From positions 1 through 50,142 of the forward strand of contig JAHJBY010000043.1 of NCBI GenBank assembly GCA_018813285.1: a stretch of 50,142 bases of DNA, written 5' to 3'. Positions 1 to 8,650 of this stretch are shown one piece after another. The notes under the pieces are model-generated. The model did no database searches and was not told the origin of the DNA. It worked only from the letters and a program-made list of their open reading frames with translations. Both the position numbers and the translations under genes were made by a program. Each line of letters starts with the position of its first letter. Position 1 is the stretch's first letter. Source of the stretch: Candidatus Omnitrophota bacterium (GTDB lineage Bacteria; Omnitrophota; Gorgyraeia; Tantalellales; Tantalellaceae).

Positions 1-323
1 CACGATTCACCATTCACGATTCACGATTTACCCCTCTGTGCCTCTGTGCCTTTGTGCCTTTTTTACCCCTTGACCCGACGTTTTAGGGCGAAAGATTTTT
101 CGCCCCTACGATTCACCATTCACGATTCACGATTTACCCCTCTGTGCCTTTGTGCCTTTGTGCCTTTTTTGCCCCTTGACCCTTTGTGCCTCTGTGCCTT
201 TGTGCCTTTTTTACCCCTTGACCCGACGTTTTAGGGCGAAAGATTTTTCGCCCCTACGATTCACCATTCACGATTTGCCCCTTGACCCTTTGTGCCTCTG
301 TGCCTTTGTGCCTTTTTTACCCT
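1..323. repeat. Composite short-tandem-repeat array (CACGATT 7-mers, TTGTGCCT/CTGTGCCT 8-mers, CCCTTGA) with two embedded REP-like hairpins; higher-order ~148-bp period
   Basis: Units read directly. The block TAGGGCGAAAGATTTTTCGCCCCTAC occurs at 84-109 and 232-257. The reverse complement of the same modules occurs at 46324-46457. Confidence 0.9.
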
Positions 324-358
324 TGGCAAAAACCGCGTTTCATCATATACTACCCATC

Positions 359-2068
359 ATGAATCGAGACAATTCCGCGTTAAAACACGTACTCGCTAAT
401 ATTGATCTGGCACGAACGAATGTCGCCTCGGACAGGAATACGGGAATAGTCGTCCTGGTTTCCGGCGACGAGGTCAGCTGTGATTACTGGCAGAGGCGGC
501 TTGAGCGGACGGCGTACCGCGTATTTAACTCCGGCGGCGGAACCGTTATACTTTCGCTTCAGGAGAAGCAAGACGGGAAGGCCCGGACCGGTAATTTTTT
601 GGGGACATTACTGGCATATTCCCGCATGAAATCTGCCATGGGAAAAATCGGTGTGGATTACCGGAATTCCGTGGCCCTCATGGGGATGATCTTTGGCCGG
701 GGAGAAAGGATGTCCCCGTTTACGCAGATCGAGGGCAATTGTAAGCCCGCGATCGCGGGAGCGGCGGCAAATTTTGATATTAACGGAACAAAGACACCCA
801 TCTCGGAGATAGAAGAGTCTCTTATGTTCTTTTCGCCGGTGGCGAAATACCTGGAGGCCCGGGGGTTCAGAGGTGTGCTGGACAAATGGGGAGACGAAAC
901 AGAAATAGCCGCGATCGATCTTGGAGCCGTTCCGGATAAGGGTGAATCACTGAACGCGCACGACATCATAAAATTTGTGTCTGTATTCAAGATCACCGAG
1001 ACTCTTGCCAGGTCTCGAGATTGGGTAGTCCACGACGGAGAAAACAATATGCTTGATCAGGCCGCGCGTGGTGAAAAAGAAGTCCTGATCACCAGATTAA
1101 AAAAGCTTGGGATCAAACCGCGTACCGGAAAGGATGCCGAGGAGTATTACGCGGGGGTAAGCCTCGGGCCTGTGGCTGTATCGTATGATGTACTGGATAT
1201 TGCCGCGGAAATTTTCGCGGAAGATATTAAACGCCCGGGGGTTTGCCTTGATTTCGACCCGTACCTTTTGAAGGCGTTCGCTATGCGGGGCGATCAAGCC
1301 AAATGGAAAACTGCCTTAAAAAATGATCCGGCGCTTATGATTCTGGCGGGTCCGGCCGGGATGATCCCGGATCTTTTTGACAAGGCGCGCGCCGTGCGGG
1401 AGAGTTTTAAGAAAAAACACGGACGCGAACTTAATTTAAAAACGATCGACCTGGGTAAAGATATATTTTGGATGGATATCGGCCAGCATGACCGCCTGCG
1501 GGAAAAATACATGTCTCTCAACGCGCGGAACGAGCACGGCGTCATCGCGCGAAAACTTGAAGGTATCCCGGACGCGCCTGACGGGGACGGCAACATAATC
1601 ATCAATTCCGCGATCTCTCATGGTATAAGTGTGAAAGATTCAGTCATTATAAACAGCCGGGCCGAGGGGCAGGGGAGGATCGAGAGGAGTGTTATAAAAG
1701 ATTCCTTCTTCCGGGACATCGATATGCGAGACGCGTTCGCGGTTTTGAGCCGCCGCACGGGTAAGACGGTCCTCAAGAAAAACAGCGGGATATACAGATC
1801 GATCGGCAGTGTTTTTGACACTCTGGTGCTGGAAGACGGCATGAGATCCGGAACGTTACTGACATCATATGGGCCAATAGACATGAGGGTTTCAGAACAT
1901 ACCGATCTCGGAGATAGAGACAATACATATTGCGCGCCGATTTTCGGCAACAAGATCTCGTTTCGGGAAGCGTATGATGAGATGAGCGGTATAAGTTTTG
2001 ACGAGTTGGAGAGAAGGCGAAAAAACCTTCTGGCAAAAGTTGAGGGAATGGATGAGGGTGAATGGTGA
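359..2068 (+). CDS. Divergent sugar-1-phosphate nucleotidyltransferase-like protein (GlgC/FPGT-like fold with C-terminal beta-helix)
   Basis: ATG at 359; the longer ORF from 152 only translates the repeat array. Motifs FGRGERMSP...KPAI (cf. GGxGTRLxP...KPAV), FWMDIG (cf. YWxDIG) and I/V-x-N/D-S-x-I hexapeptide-like repeats near the C-terminus. Confidence 0.5.
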   Translation: MNRDNSALKHVLANIDLARTNVASDRNTGIVVLVSGDEVSCDYWQRRLERTAYRVFNSGGGTVILSLQEKQDGKARTGNFLGTLLAYSRMKSAMGKIGVDYRNSVALMGMIFGRGERMSPFTQIEGNCKPAIAGAAANFDINGTKTPISEIEESLMFFSPVAKYLEARGFRGVLDKWGDETEIAAIDLGAVPDKGESLNAHDIIKFVSVFKITETLARSRDWVVHDGENNMLDQAARGEKEVLITRLKKLGIKPRTGKDAEEYYAGVSLGPVAVSYDVLDIAAEIFAEDIKRPGVCLDFDPYLLKAFAMRGDQAKWKTALKNDPALMILAGPAGMIPDLFDKARAVRESFKKKHGRELNLKTIDLGKDIFWMDIGQHDRLREKYMSLNARNEHGVIARKLEGIPDAPDGDGNIIINSAISHGISVKDSVIINSRAEGQGRIERSVIKDSFFRDIDMRDAFAVLSRRTGKTVLKKNSGIYRSIGSVFDTLVLEDGMRSGTLLTSYGPIDMRVSEHTDLGDRDNTYCAPIFGNKISFREAYDEMSGISFDELERRRKNLLAKVEGMDEGEW

Positions 2069-2104
2069 ATGGGAAGAGCAGAGTTAAGGGGTAAGAGTAG
2101 CAAG

Positions 2105-2340
2105 AAGTATCAAAGTGTCATCGCTCACTTCGTTCGCTAGTGTCAAAGTGTTAGGAAATAAGGCTTATATTCGGATGTTGTGACACTCTGACACTCTGAT
2201 ACTCTGATACTCTGACACTCTGACACTCTGATACTCTGATACTCTGACACTCTGACACTCTGACACTCTGATACTCTGATACTCTGACACTCTGACACTC
2301 TGACACTCTGACACTTTGACACTCTGACACTTTGACACTT
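2105..2340. repeat. Octamer-arm element: left arm AAGTGTCA-type units, core GGAAATAAGGCTTATATTCGGATG, right arm 20 x TGA(C/T)ACT(C/T)
   Basis: Counted 20 tandem 8-mers at 2181-2340. The left-arm units are their reverse complement. A second copy lies at 50047-50142. Confidence 0.9.
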
Positions 2341-2352
2341 TAAAAAGGAGCA

Positions 2353-2374
2353 GTAGGGCACCCTTTAGGGTGCC
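2353..2374 (+). repeat. GTAG-type REP-like hairpin
   Basis: GTAG followed by GGCACCC-TTTA-GGGTGCC. Confidence 0.65.
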
Positions 2375-2445
2375 GGAGGTGAGTTGAAAAAAGCTGAAGG
2401 CTGAAAACTGAGAATTGATATCCGGCTGACAAAAGGGGACGAAAA

Positions 2446-3609
2446 GTGGATAAGATCATAGAGGTTGTTAGAAAAGGCGCGCCCATATATTTGAAACCGT
2501 ACGCTGAACCCAAAGTGTGGGGCGCGGGCGGCATAGGCGAGTATTGGTATGGGGCCGAACCCGGAAAGAAAAGCTCTACTGTCGTTATTGATGAGTGGCG
2601 AGTTCGGATGGTGGAGTTAGTGAACTCTATCCCGGAAGAAGTGCTTGGAAAAAATGTGGTTAAGTCTTTCGGCAAAACACTTCCTTTGGTCAAGATATTG
2701 ACACCGAAAGCCCGGCTATCGGTGCAGTTCCATGACGCGAAGAACGAGCTGTGGGTGGTTACAGGCATCGATGACGCTATAGTTTCCGGCTTCCCGAGGA
2801 TCATAATAGGGTTTAACAAGGAAAAGATCGGAAAATATGGCGATAAGGTCAAAGACAGATACAAATGCGCGCTCGAAATTTATGGCCATGCGCTCAACGC
2901 GCTCATCAGCGAACTTGAAAAGGGAGGGCATGGATCCATTCTGAATGAGACCCGCGATGTTATTATCGCGGCGGAGAGTGTAAAAGCCGGTAATGCGGCT
3001 GTTCAGGGGCTGCTTGAGGCTTTGTTAGAAGCGGGAAGAACACTGGACGGATTTTACAACTATGTTGAGGTTCGAGTAGGCGATGTGATCCCCGTTCCGC
3101 GGGGAACATTGCATGCCCTGGGGCCCGGCATCGAGGTTGTTGAGCCGCAGATACCGGGTCCAACCCAATCTTTGGAGGATGGTTCGACATACCCCGTGAG
3201 GTATTACTTTCCCGGGTATCCGGCTTCCGGATCCGGAAAAAAGCTTGATCTTGACAGAATCAATGAGATGAATACCACGGTTTGGGAGACTAAAAAACCG
3301 GCGGTGATTGTTACGGATAATGGTGTTAAGATCGAACGCCTTCCGGGTGGATTTGAGGATAAGGGGATGGAAGTTGATAGAATAGCCATGGAGGGCGGCC
3401 GAGAGCTGAAATACAACGGGATCAAGAGCTACCATACGCTTGCTGTTATCACGGGTTCGGCTGCGGCAACCGTTAAAGGGCAGGATTATGATATACCCAG
3501 GGCAGTTCCGGGTGGGGAAATGATGCTTATTACATCCTGTGCGGAGAATTTTAAGATCCGAGCCAAAAAAAACACCTTGATCTTAGATACATTTACGCCA
3601 ATTTCGTAG
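2446..3609 (+). CDS. manA: Mannose-6-phosphate isomerase, class I (cupin)
   Basis: PKVWG, IGEYW, LPLVKIL...LSVQFH, KNELW and GDVIPVPRGTLHALG motifs of type I PMI; extra helical insertion mid-protein. Confidence 0.75.
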   Translation: MDKIIEVVRKGAPIYLKPYAEPKVWGAGGIGEYWYGAEPGKKSSTVVIDEWRVRMVELVNSIPEEVLGKNVVKSFGKTLPLVKILTPKARLSVQFHDAKNELWVVTGIDDAIVSGFPRIIIGFNKEKIGKYGDKVKDRYKCALEIYGHALNALISELEKGGHGSILNETRDVIIAAESVKAGNAAVQGLLEALLEAGRTLDGFYNYVEVRVGDVIPVPRGTLHALGPGIEVVEPQIPGPTQSLEDGSTYPVRYYFPGYPASGSGKKLDLDRINEMNTTVWETKKPAVIVTDNGVKIERLPGGFEDKGMEVDRIAMEGGRELKYNGIKSYHTLAVITGSAAATVKGQDYDIPRAVPGGEMMLITSCAENFKIRAKKNTLILDTFTPIS

Positions 3610-3640
3610 CCGCGGCAGAATGTCTACTTTTTGATAGTGA

Positions 3641-3669
3641 TTGACACGACACAAGTTTTCCTGTACAAT
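3641..3669 (+). promoter_or_regulatory. Sigma70-type promoter of the sugar-utilisation operon
   Basis: TTGACA (3641-46), 17 bp spacer, TACAAT (3664-69). Confidence 0.75.
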
Positions 3670-3727
3670 AATGTTCAGTGTCTCTTTATAAAGTGTTTTA
3701 ATAAACATAAACATTAAGAGGAGTTTG

Positions 3728-4639
3728 GTGGAAGACGGATCCTTTTTAGAGAAATTGAATCGGCAGAAAGTGTCATATCTCTTTATCGCGTTGCCGTTTT
3801 CTTTGTTTTTCATATTTCAACTTATCCCATTATTCGCGTCATTTTTTCTTTCCTTTACGCAATACGACGTTGTCCATTCCCCTAAATTTGTGGGATTGGA
3901 AAATTACCGGAACATTCTATTTAATGATCCTCTGTTTTGGAAGGCTATCGGAAATACAGTGATCTACGTGATCGGTGTAGTTCCCGTGGGGATATGTATC
4001 TCGCTTATTTTAGCGGTCGCGATAGACCAGAGAATAAAATTCAAGAATTTCTTCAAATCCATATTCTTTTTACCGACGGTTACGGCTATCATAGCTGTTT
4101 CCGTGATCTGGAAATGGTTATACGCGGGCGGAAAGTATGGCCTGCTCAATTATTTTATCATAAAACTCGGCGGCCAGCCGATCGATTGGTTGGCGTCGCC
4201 GGAATGGACGCTCCCCTCGATCATGATAATGTCCATATGGGCTGGTTTGGGATACAATATGATCCTTTTTCTGACTGGGCTGCAAACGATACCGCGCGCG
4301 ATGTACGAGGCGGCGGAGATAGACGGCGCTGGCTTTTGGTGCAAGTTTTTTCACGTCACTTTACCTTTATTGAAACCGACCATAATTTTTGTATCGATGA
4401 TGAGCTTCATTTTCAGTTTTCAGGTGTTTGAGCAGGTGTATATCATGACGGGTGAACAGGGGGGCATAGGCGGTGTTCTGAATTCCGGCCTTACGATAGT
4501 GGCGTATTTGTATGATCAGGGTTTTCAGAAGTTCCACATGGGATACGCTTCGGCGTTGGCATACATGGTGGCTTTTTGTGTTTTCCTGATAACTATGGTG
4601 AATAAGGCCATCACCAAAGAGTCGCGTGTAGATTATTGA
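3728..4639 (+). CDS. Carbohydrate ABC transporter permease (UgpA/MalF-like)
   Basis: Multiple TM helices, EAAEIDGA motif; GTG start after GAGGAG. Confidence 0.92.
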   Translation: MEDGSFLEKLNRQKVSYLFIALPFSLFFIFQLIPLFASFFLSFTQYDVVHSPKFVGLENYRNILFNDPLFWKAIGNTVIYVIGVVPVGICISLILAVAIDQRIKFKNFFKSIFFLPTVTAIIAVSVIWKWLYAGGKYGLLNYFIIKLGGQPIDWLASPEWTLPSIMIMSIWAGLGYNMILFLTGLQTIPRAMYEAAEIDGAGFWCKFFHVTLPLLKPTIIFVSMMSFIFSFQVFEQVYIMTGEQGGIGGVLNSGLTIVAYLYDQGFQKFHMGYASALAYMVAFCVFLITMVNKAITKESRVDY

Positions 4640-4660
4640 GGACGGGAAGGGAAGGGAAGT

Positions 4661-5512
4661 ATGGCAAACCACGATGTGGGCATAAGGAGAGATTCGCTTA
4701 TCATAAAGGCGTGTGTATATGCCTTTCTGATAGCGGGTGCCGCTACAATGGCCGTACCATACGTATGGATGTTTGTGACGTCGATAAAGCCCCTGGCCGA
4801 GATACAGGCGTTCCCTCCGAGCTTTATTGTGAAAAACCCGACATTGGAACCCTACAAGGATCTTTTCAGGATGGTTCCGATGATGCGGTATATGTTCAAC
4901 AGTCTTTTTGTCGCCGGCAGCATAACCCTTTTTAACGTTTTCGCGACGTCACTCGCGGGTTACGCTTTCGCAAAACATAAATTCTGGGGAAGAGACAAGA
5001 TATTTTTCATTTTCATAGCGTCTCTTATGATCCCCTGGCAGGTCAATATTATTCCCGGGTTCATTATTGTGAAGAACCTCGGGTGGCTTAATACGTATCG
5101 GGGGCTTATCATACCCTCTATGGCATGGTGCGCGTTCGGCATTTTTCTTAATCGTCAGTTCATTTACAGCATACCGGATGACCTTATTGATGCCGCCAGG
5201 ATCGACGGGTGCAGTGAATTCAGGATATACGCGCAGATTATTTTACCTCTCATTAAGCCTGTTTTAGCGACTCTGGCGATATTTACTTTCCTGCAGCAGT
5301 GGAATAATTTTGTGTGGCCGCTGGTAATAATCCACACGAGTTCGATGCGTACTTTGCCGTTGGGATTGGCTGTTTTAACCGGCCAGTTCGGGGCTAACTA
5401 TGCTATGGTAATGGCCGGCGCCGTTGTGGCGACGATGCCGATGCTTGTTGTTTATTTGTTGTTTCAAAAATACATCATCAAGGGTATCGCGATGACCGAG
5501 TTGAAAGGATAG
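4661..5512 (+). CDS. Carbohydrate ABC transporter permease (UgpE/MalG-like)
   Basis: DAARIDGC motif, WNNFVWPL, TM helices. Confidence 0.92.
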   Translation: MANHDVGIRRDSLIIKACVYAFLIAGAATMAVPYVWMFVTSIKPLAEIQAFPPSFIVKNPTLEPYKDLFRMVPMMRYMFNSLFVAGSITLFNVFATSLAGYAFAKHKFWGRDKIFFIFIASLMIPWQVNIIPGFIIVKNLGWLNTYRGLIIPSMAWCAFGIFLNRQFIYSIPDDLIDAARIDGCSEFRIYAQIILPLIKPVLATLAIFTFLQQWNNFVWPLVIIHTSSMRTLPLGLAVLTGQFGANYAMVMAGAVVATMPMLVVYLLFQKYIIKGIAMTELKG

Positions 5513-5515
5513 GAA

Positions 5516-7231
5516 ATGAAGAGAATAGTTTTATCTATCGCGTTTGTGTGTGTTTTAGGTGTTATGATCACCGGTTGTTCCGATAGCGGGACGGCATCAC
5601 GTGAAGCCGCGAGCGGCGAGCGGGGAAAGAAGATAGGGGATATGCTGGAAGTTGCTATAGTTCCGGCGGAGGCACCCTTGTACTATTTACCTGTATCTCG
5701 CGCGAAAGTGTCCAGTTTTGATCAAACTCCCGATTGGGCGCCGGCACCGGACCCCATGGCTCCTGTCGACGGGGACATGCTGACCAGATGGTCGAGCGAT
5801 TATGAGGATAGTGAACAGTGGATATATTTTGATCTTGGTTCTGAAAGTGTGGTAAATGACGTTATCATACGGTGGGAAAACGCGTATGCCACTAAGTTTC
5901 TTATATTGGCCTCGAAAGACGCGGAGAATTGGATGGAAGTACACCGGGAAAATGACGGCACAGGCGGTGTTACGGAAGCTGTTTTCCCGGCGGTTAAATG
6001 CCGCTACATAAAGATCCTTGGGACGAAAAAGGTAAAGGAGCAATGGGGGATCTCGATCTGGGAAGTGGAGATATACGGTCCCGGCAGTCTTAATCCCGCC
6101 GCCACTGTATCCAAAGAAGAGTATGCGGGTAAAGGCGCGGAAGAAGACAAAAAAGAAACCGTACAAAAGTTAATAGAACAGCTTGCGTCGCCGGTCGTTC
6201 CCATCAGCGAGGAGCCGTTCCAGAAAGGTGTCGTCTACACGTCATGGACAGCGGATGAGCTATCAACAACGGCATCGGATGCTACGCTTGCCGGGCTTAA
6301 GGAAATGGGGTTTAACACTCTCGCCTTGATGGTTCCGGTGTATCAGGAAACGCTTAACTCAAAAGAGATATTTATCAACGACGGTTTGGGCGGGGATACC
6401 CCAACGCAGGAAGCCTTGCGGCATGCCATAGAAACCTGCCACAAACTTGGTATGCGCGTGATGATTAAGGTTCATGTGGATCCGAGGACGGATGAGGCCA
6501 GGGTCAACATATTGCCTTCCGAAGAATGGTTTGATTCGTATGAAGAGATCATTTTGAGGTATGTTATTTTTTCGGCGGCAAACGATGTCGAAATTTTCTC
6601 GATAGGCACGGAACTTGAAGCGACTACATTTGATGCCTGGGATCACCGGTGGAAAAGCATAATATCCAAAGTACGCCTCATTTACAGAGGTGAGCTTACG
6701 TATTCGGCCAACTGGACAGAGTATAAGGGAGTTCCATTTTGGCATGAGCTGGACTTTATCGGGATAGACGCGTATTTTCCGCTCACAGAGAATGACGAAC
6801 CGACGATGGAAGAATTAACGGGCGCCTGGGAAAAGCACGCGGATGAAATAGAAAAGTGGCTTAAGACAAATGACCTTATGGACAAAGGTGTTGTCTTTAC
6901 GGAAGTCGGGTACACTTCGACGGTTGGCGCTAATCGCCAGCCGTGGGCGGCTGTGTCGAACAAAGAAGATCAGCAGGAACAGGCGGATTGTCTTCAGGCG
7001 ACATTCAGTGTGTTAACTGAAAGGCCGTGGTTCAAGGGATATGAGATATGGCAGTGTATGCCGCAGAAGAGATGGAGCCCGCTGGGTTTTACCATTAACG
7101 GAAAAAAAGCGGAAGATGTAGTAAAAAAATGGTTAAAAACATCTTCAGCGTTGGAGAAAGCACAGCCCGAAAAAGAAATGGTGGTAAATGAAAATGTTAC
7201 AGAAGAAAAAATTGAAGGAGGAACGAAATGA
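5516..7231 (+). CDS. Lipoprotein: discoidin/F5-8 type C (CBM32-like) domain plus GH113-like glycoside hydrolase
   Basis: Lipobox ITGC; DGD..TRWSS...WIYFDLG...WE.AYA..F...SIWEVE discoidin signature; GH113-like motifs GMRVMIKVH, IGTEL, TYSANW, IGIDAYFPL, FTEVGY. Confidence 0.78.
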   Translation: MKRIVLSIAFVCVLGVMITGCSDSGTASREAASGERGKKIGDMLEVAIVPAEAPLYYLPVSRAKVSSFDQTPDWAPAPDPMAPVDGDMLTRWSSDYEDSEQWIYFDLGSESVVNDVIIRWENAYATKFLILASKDAENWMEVHRENDGTGGVTEAVFPAVKCRYIKILGTKKVKEQWGISIWEVEIYGPGSLNPAATVSKEEYAGKGAEEDKKETVQKLIEQLASPVVPISEEPFQKGVVYTSWTADELSTTASDATLAGLKEMGFNTLALMVPVYQETLNSKEIFINDGLGGDTPTQEALRHAIETCHKLGMRVMIKVHVDPRTDEARVNILPSEEWFDSYEEIILRYVIFSAANDVEIFSIGTELEATTFDAWDHRWKSIISKVRLIYRGELTYSANWTEYKGVPFWHELDFIGIDAYFPLTENDEPTMEELTGAWEKHADEIEKWLKTNDLMDKGVVFTEVGYTSTVGANRQPWAAVSNKEDQQEQADCLQATFSVLTERPWFKGYEIWQCMPQKRWSPLGFTINGKKAEDVVKKWLKTSSALEKAQPEKEMVVNENVTEEKIEGGTK

Positions 7232-7815
7232 AGAAAATGATCTTTGCGTTACTGGTAGTAGGATTGATGTTCGCGTCTGTATCCGCGCATGCCGAAGAGG
7301 AAGTCCTGTTCGGGTTTGAGAACGGGCTTGAAGGTTGGGATGTGCCGGACTGGGCGTATGAGAAGCCCGATCATGTTCAAAGAGAGATCAATCTTTCCGA
7401 CGCGGTAGCGCGCGAAGGGACGCACAGCCTCGAGGTTATGGCCGAATTTCCCGGCAATAGCTGGTCGGGTGCGATAGTCGAAGTGGCGCAATATTTCGAT
7501 TGGTCCGATTACAGCAAAATTGCCTGTGATGTATACCTCCCGGCGGACGCTCCAAAGGGTTTGAAAGTCAAGATGATACTGACCGTGGGAGATACCTGGA
7601 AATGGGTCGAGATGAGCAGAGAATTTGCGCTTGTCCCGGGCAAATGGGTGACTGTTAAAGCTGATCTCATGCCGGGCAGCATAGACTGGAAACGTGTACA
7701 GGTCGATCCCGGGTTCAGGCAGGATATCCGGAAACTTGATATACGGGTCGTGTCTAACGGACAACCCGCTTATTCCGGTCCGTTTTATATCGATAACGTA
7801 AGAGTGATAGAATAA
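7228..7815 (+). CDS. Secreted stand-alone carbohydrate-binding module protein (CBM27-like beta-sandwich)
   Basis: Signal peptide (AHA|E); FPGNSWS, DVYLP and YSGPFYIDNVRV resemble mannan-binding CBM27; paralog of the next gene. Confidence 0.6.
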   Translation: MKKMIFALLVVGLMFASVSAHAEEEVLFGFENGLEGWDVPDWAYEKPDHVQREINLSDAVAREGTHSLEVMAEFPGNSWSGAIVEVAQYFDWSDYSKIACDVYLPADAPKGLKVKMILTVGDTWKWVEMSREFALVPGKWVTVKADLMPGSIDWKRVQVDPGFRQDIRKLDIRVVSNGQPAYSGPFYIDNVRVIE

Positions 7816-7925
7816 AAGCGCGCAGGGCGCATAGGGCAAGAAGTGATGAGTGAAGGGTGAAGAGTGAGAAACGGGAGGGTTCCCTCCTGTTATCCTGATG
7901 CGCCCTTCGACTTCGCTCAAGCTGA
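7816..7925. repeat. Purine-rich 7-mer tract (GAAGAGT/GAAGGGT-like) plus small hairpins
   Basis: aagaagtgatgagtgaagggtgaagagtgag, then GGAGGG-TT-CCCTCC and CCCTTCGACTTCGCTCAAG. Confidence 0.6.
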
Positions 7926-7966
7926 GTTCATGGCGAAGAATCTAACTTGACGACAAAAAGGGGAGA

Positions 7967-8650
7967 ATGATGAGGAGTTTACGATCCGGTTTGTTGGTTT
8001 GTCTGGTGGTTTGTGCGGCTGGTGTTTCAATGCTTCTGGCCGGATGCGGCGGCGACGGCGAGCCTCAAAAAACGGAACAACCGAAGTCGGTTGAAGTCGG
8101 CAATATGCCTTCAAAGAAACCCATAACTGAAGAAAAAACCTATTACGGCTTTGAAGAAGATCTTGCCGGTTGGGAAATACCCGCATGGGCAGCCGGTAAA
8201 AGCGACTATGTGGCTACGGATCTGGTTCTTTCGAAAGACTTCGCTTCGGAAGGCACATCCAGCATGCGTGCTACGGTAGTATTTCCTGGTAATAGCTGGT
8301 CCGCCGGACTGGTTGAGATACAACAGTATCTTGATCTTAGCGCTTATCGGGTGATAAGCGCGGATGTTTATATTCCCGCGGATGCTCCGCAAGGCCTTAA
8401 GGCCAACCTGATCCTAACTGTTGGGAATAACTGGAAATTCGTTGAAATGAACCAAAGTGTACCGCTTATACCCGGTGAATGGACGACTGTTCGCGCCAGT
8501 GTCGAACCCGGTAGTTATGATTGGAAACGGGTAGTGCCGGATGAGGATTTCGCGAAAGACGTGCGGAAGATTGCCGTAAGAATAATTTCAAACCGTAAAC
8601 CGGTATACACCGGTCCGGTATATATCGACAATGTCAGGGTTGGCAGGTAA
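7967..8650 (+). CDS. Lipoprotein carbohydrate-binding module protein (CBM27-like), paralog of the upstream gene
   Basis: Lipobox LLAGC; shares GFE..L.GW, FPGNSWS, LTVG..WK.VEM, DWKRV and GP.YIDNVRV with 7228-7815. Confidence 0.6.
   Translation: MMRSLRSGLLVCLVVCAAGVSMLLAGCGGDGEPQKTEQPKSVEVGNMPSKKPITEEKTYYGFEEDLAGWEIPAWAAGKSDYVATDLVLSKDFASEGTSSMRATVVFPGNSWSAGLVEIQQYLDLSAYRVISADVYIPADAPQGLKANLILTVGNNWKFVEMNQSVPLIPGEWTTVRASVEPGSYDWKRVVPDEDFAKDVRKIAVRIISNRKPVYTGPVYIDNVRVGR

Noticed and set aside
46-358. ORF 46-234 and the N-terminal 69 codons of ORF 152-2068
   Set aside because: They merely translate the tandem-repeat array (PLCLCAFVPF, RFTIHD). The credible start is ATG 359.
2146-2180. Possible dif/Xer site in the core ATAA-GGC-TTATATT
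   Set aside because: Only 3 bp lie between the arms instead of 6, there is no TTATGTTAAAT XerD arm, and the motif is part of a multi-copy element.
2143-2361. Minus-strand ORF with (SECQSVRV)n repeats
   Set aside because: Artefact of the 8-bp DNA repeat; no RBS or protein-like complexity.
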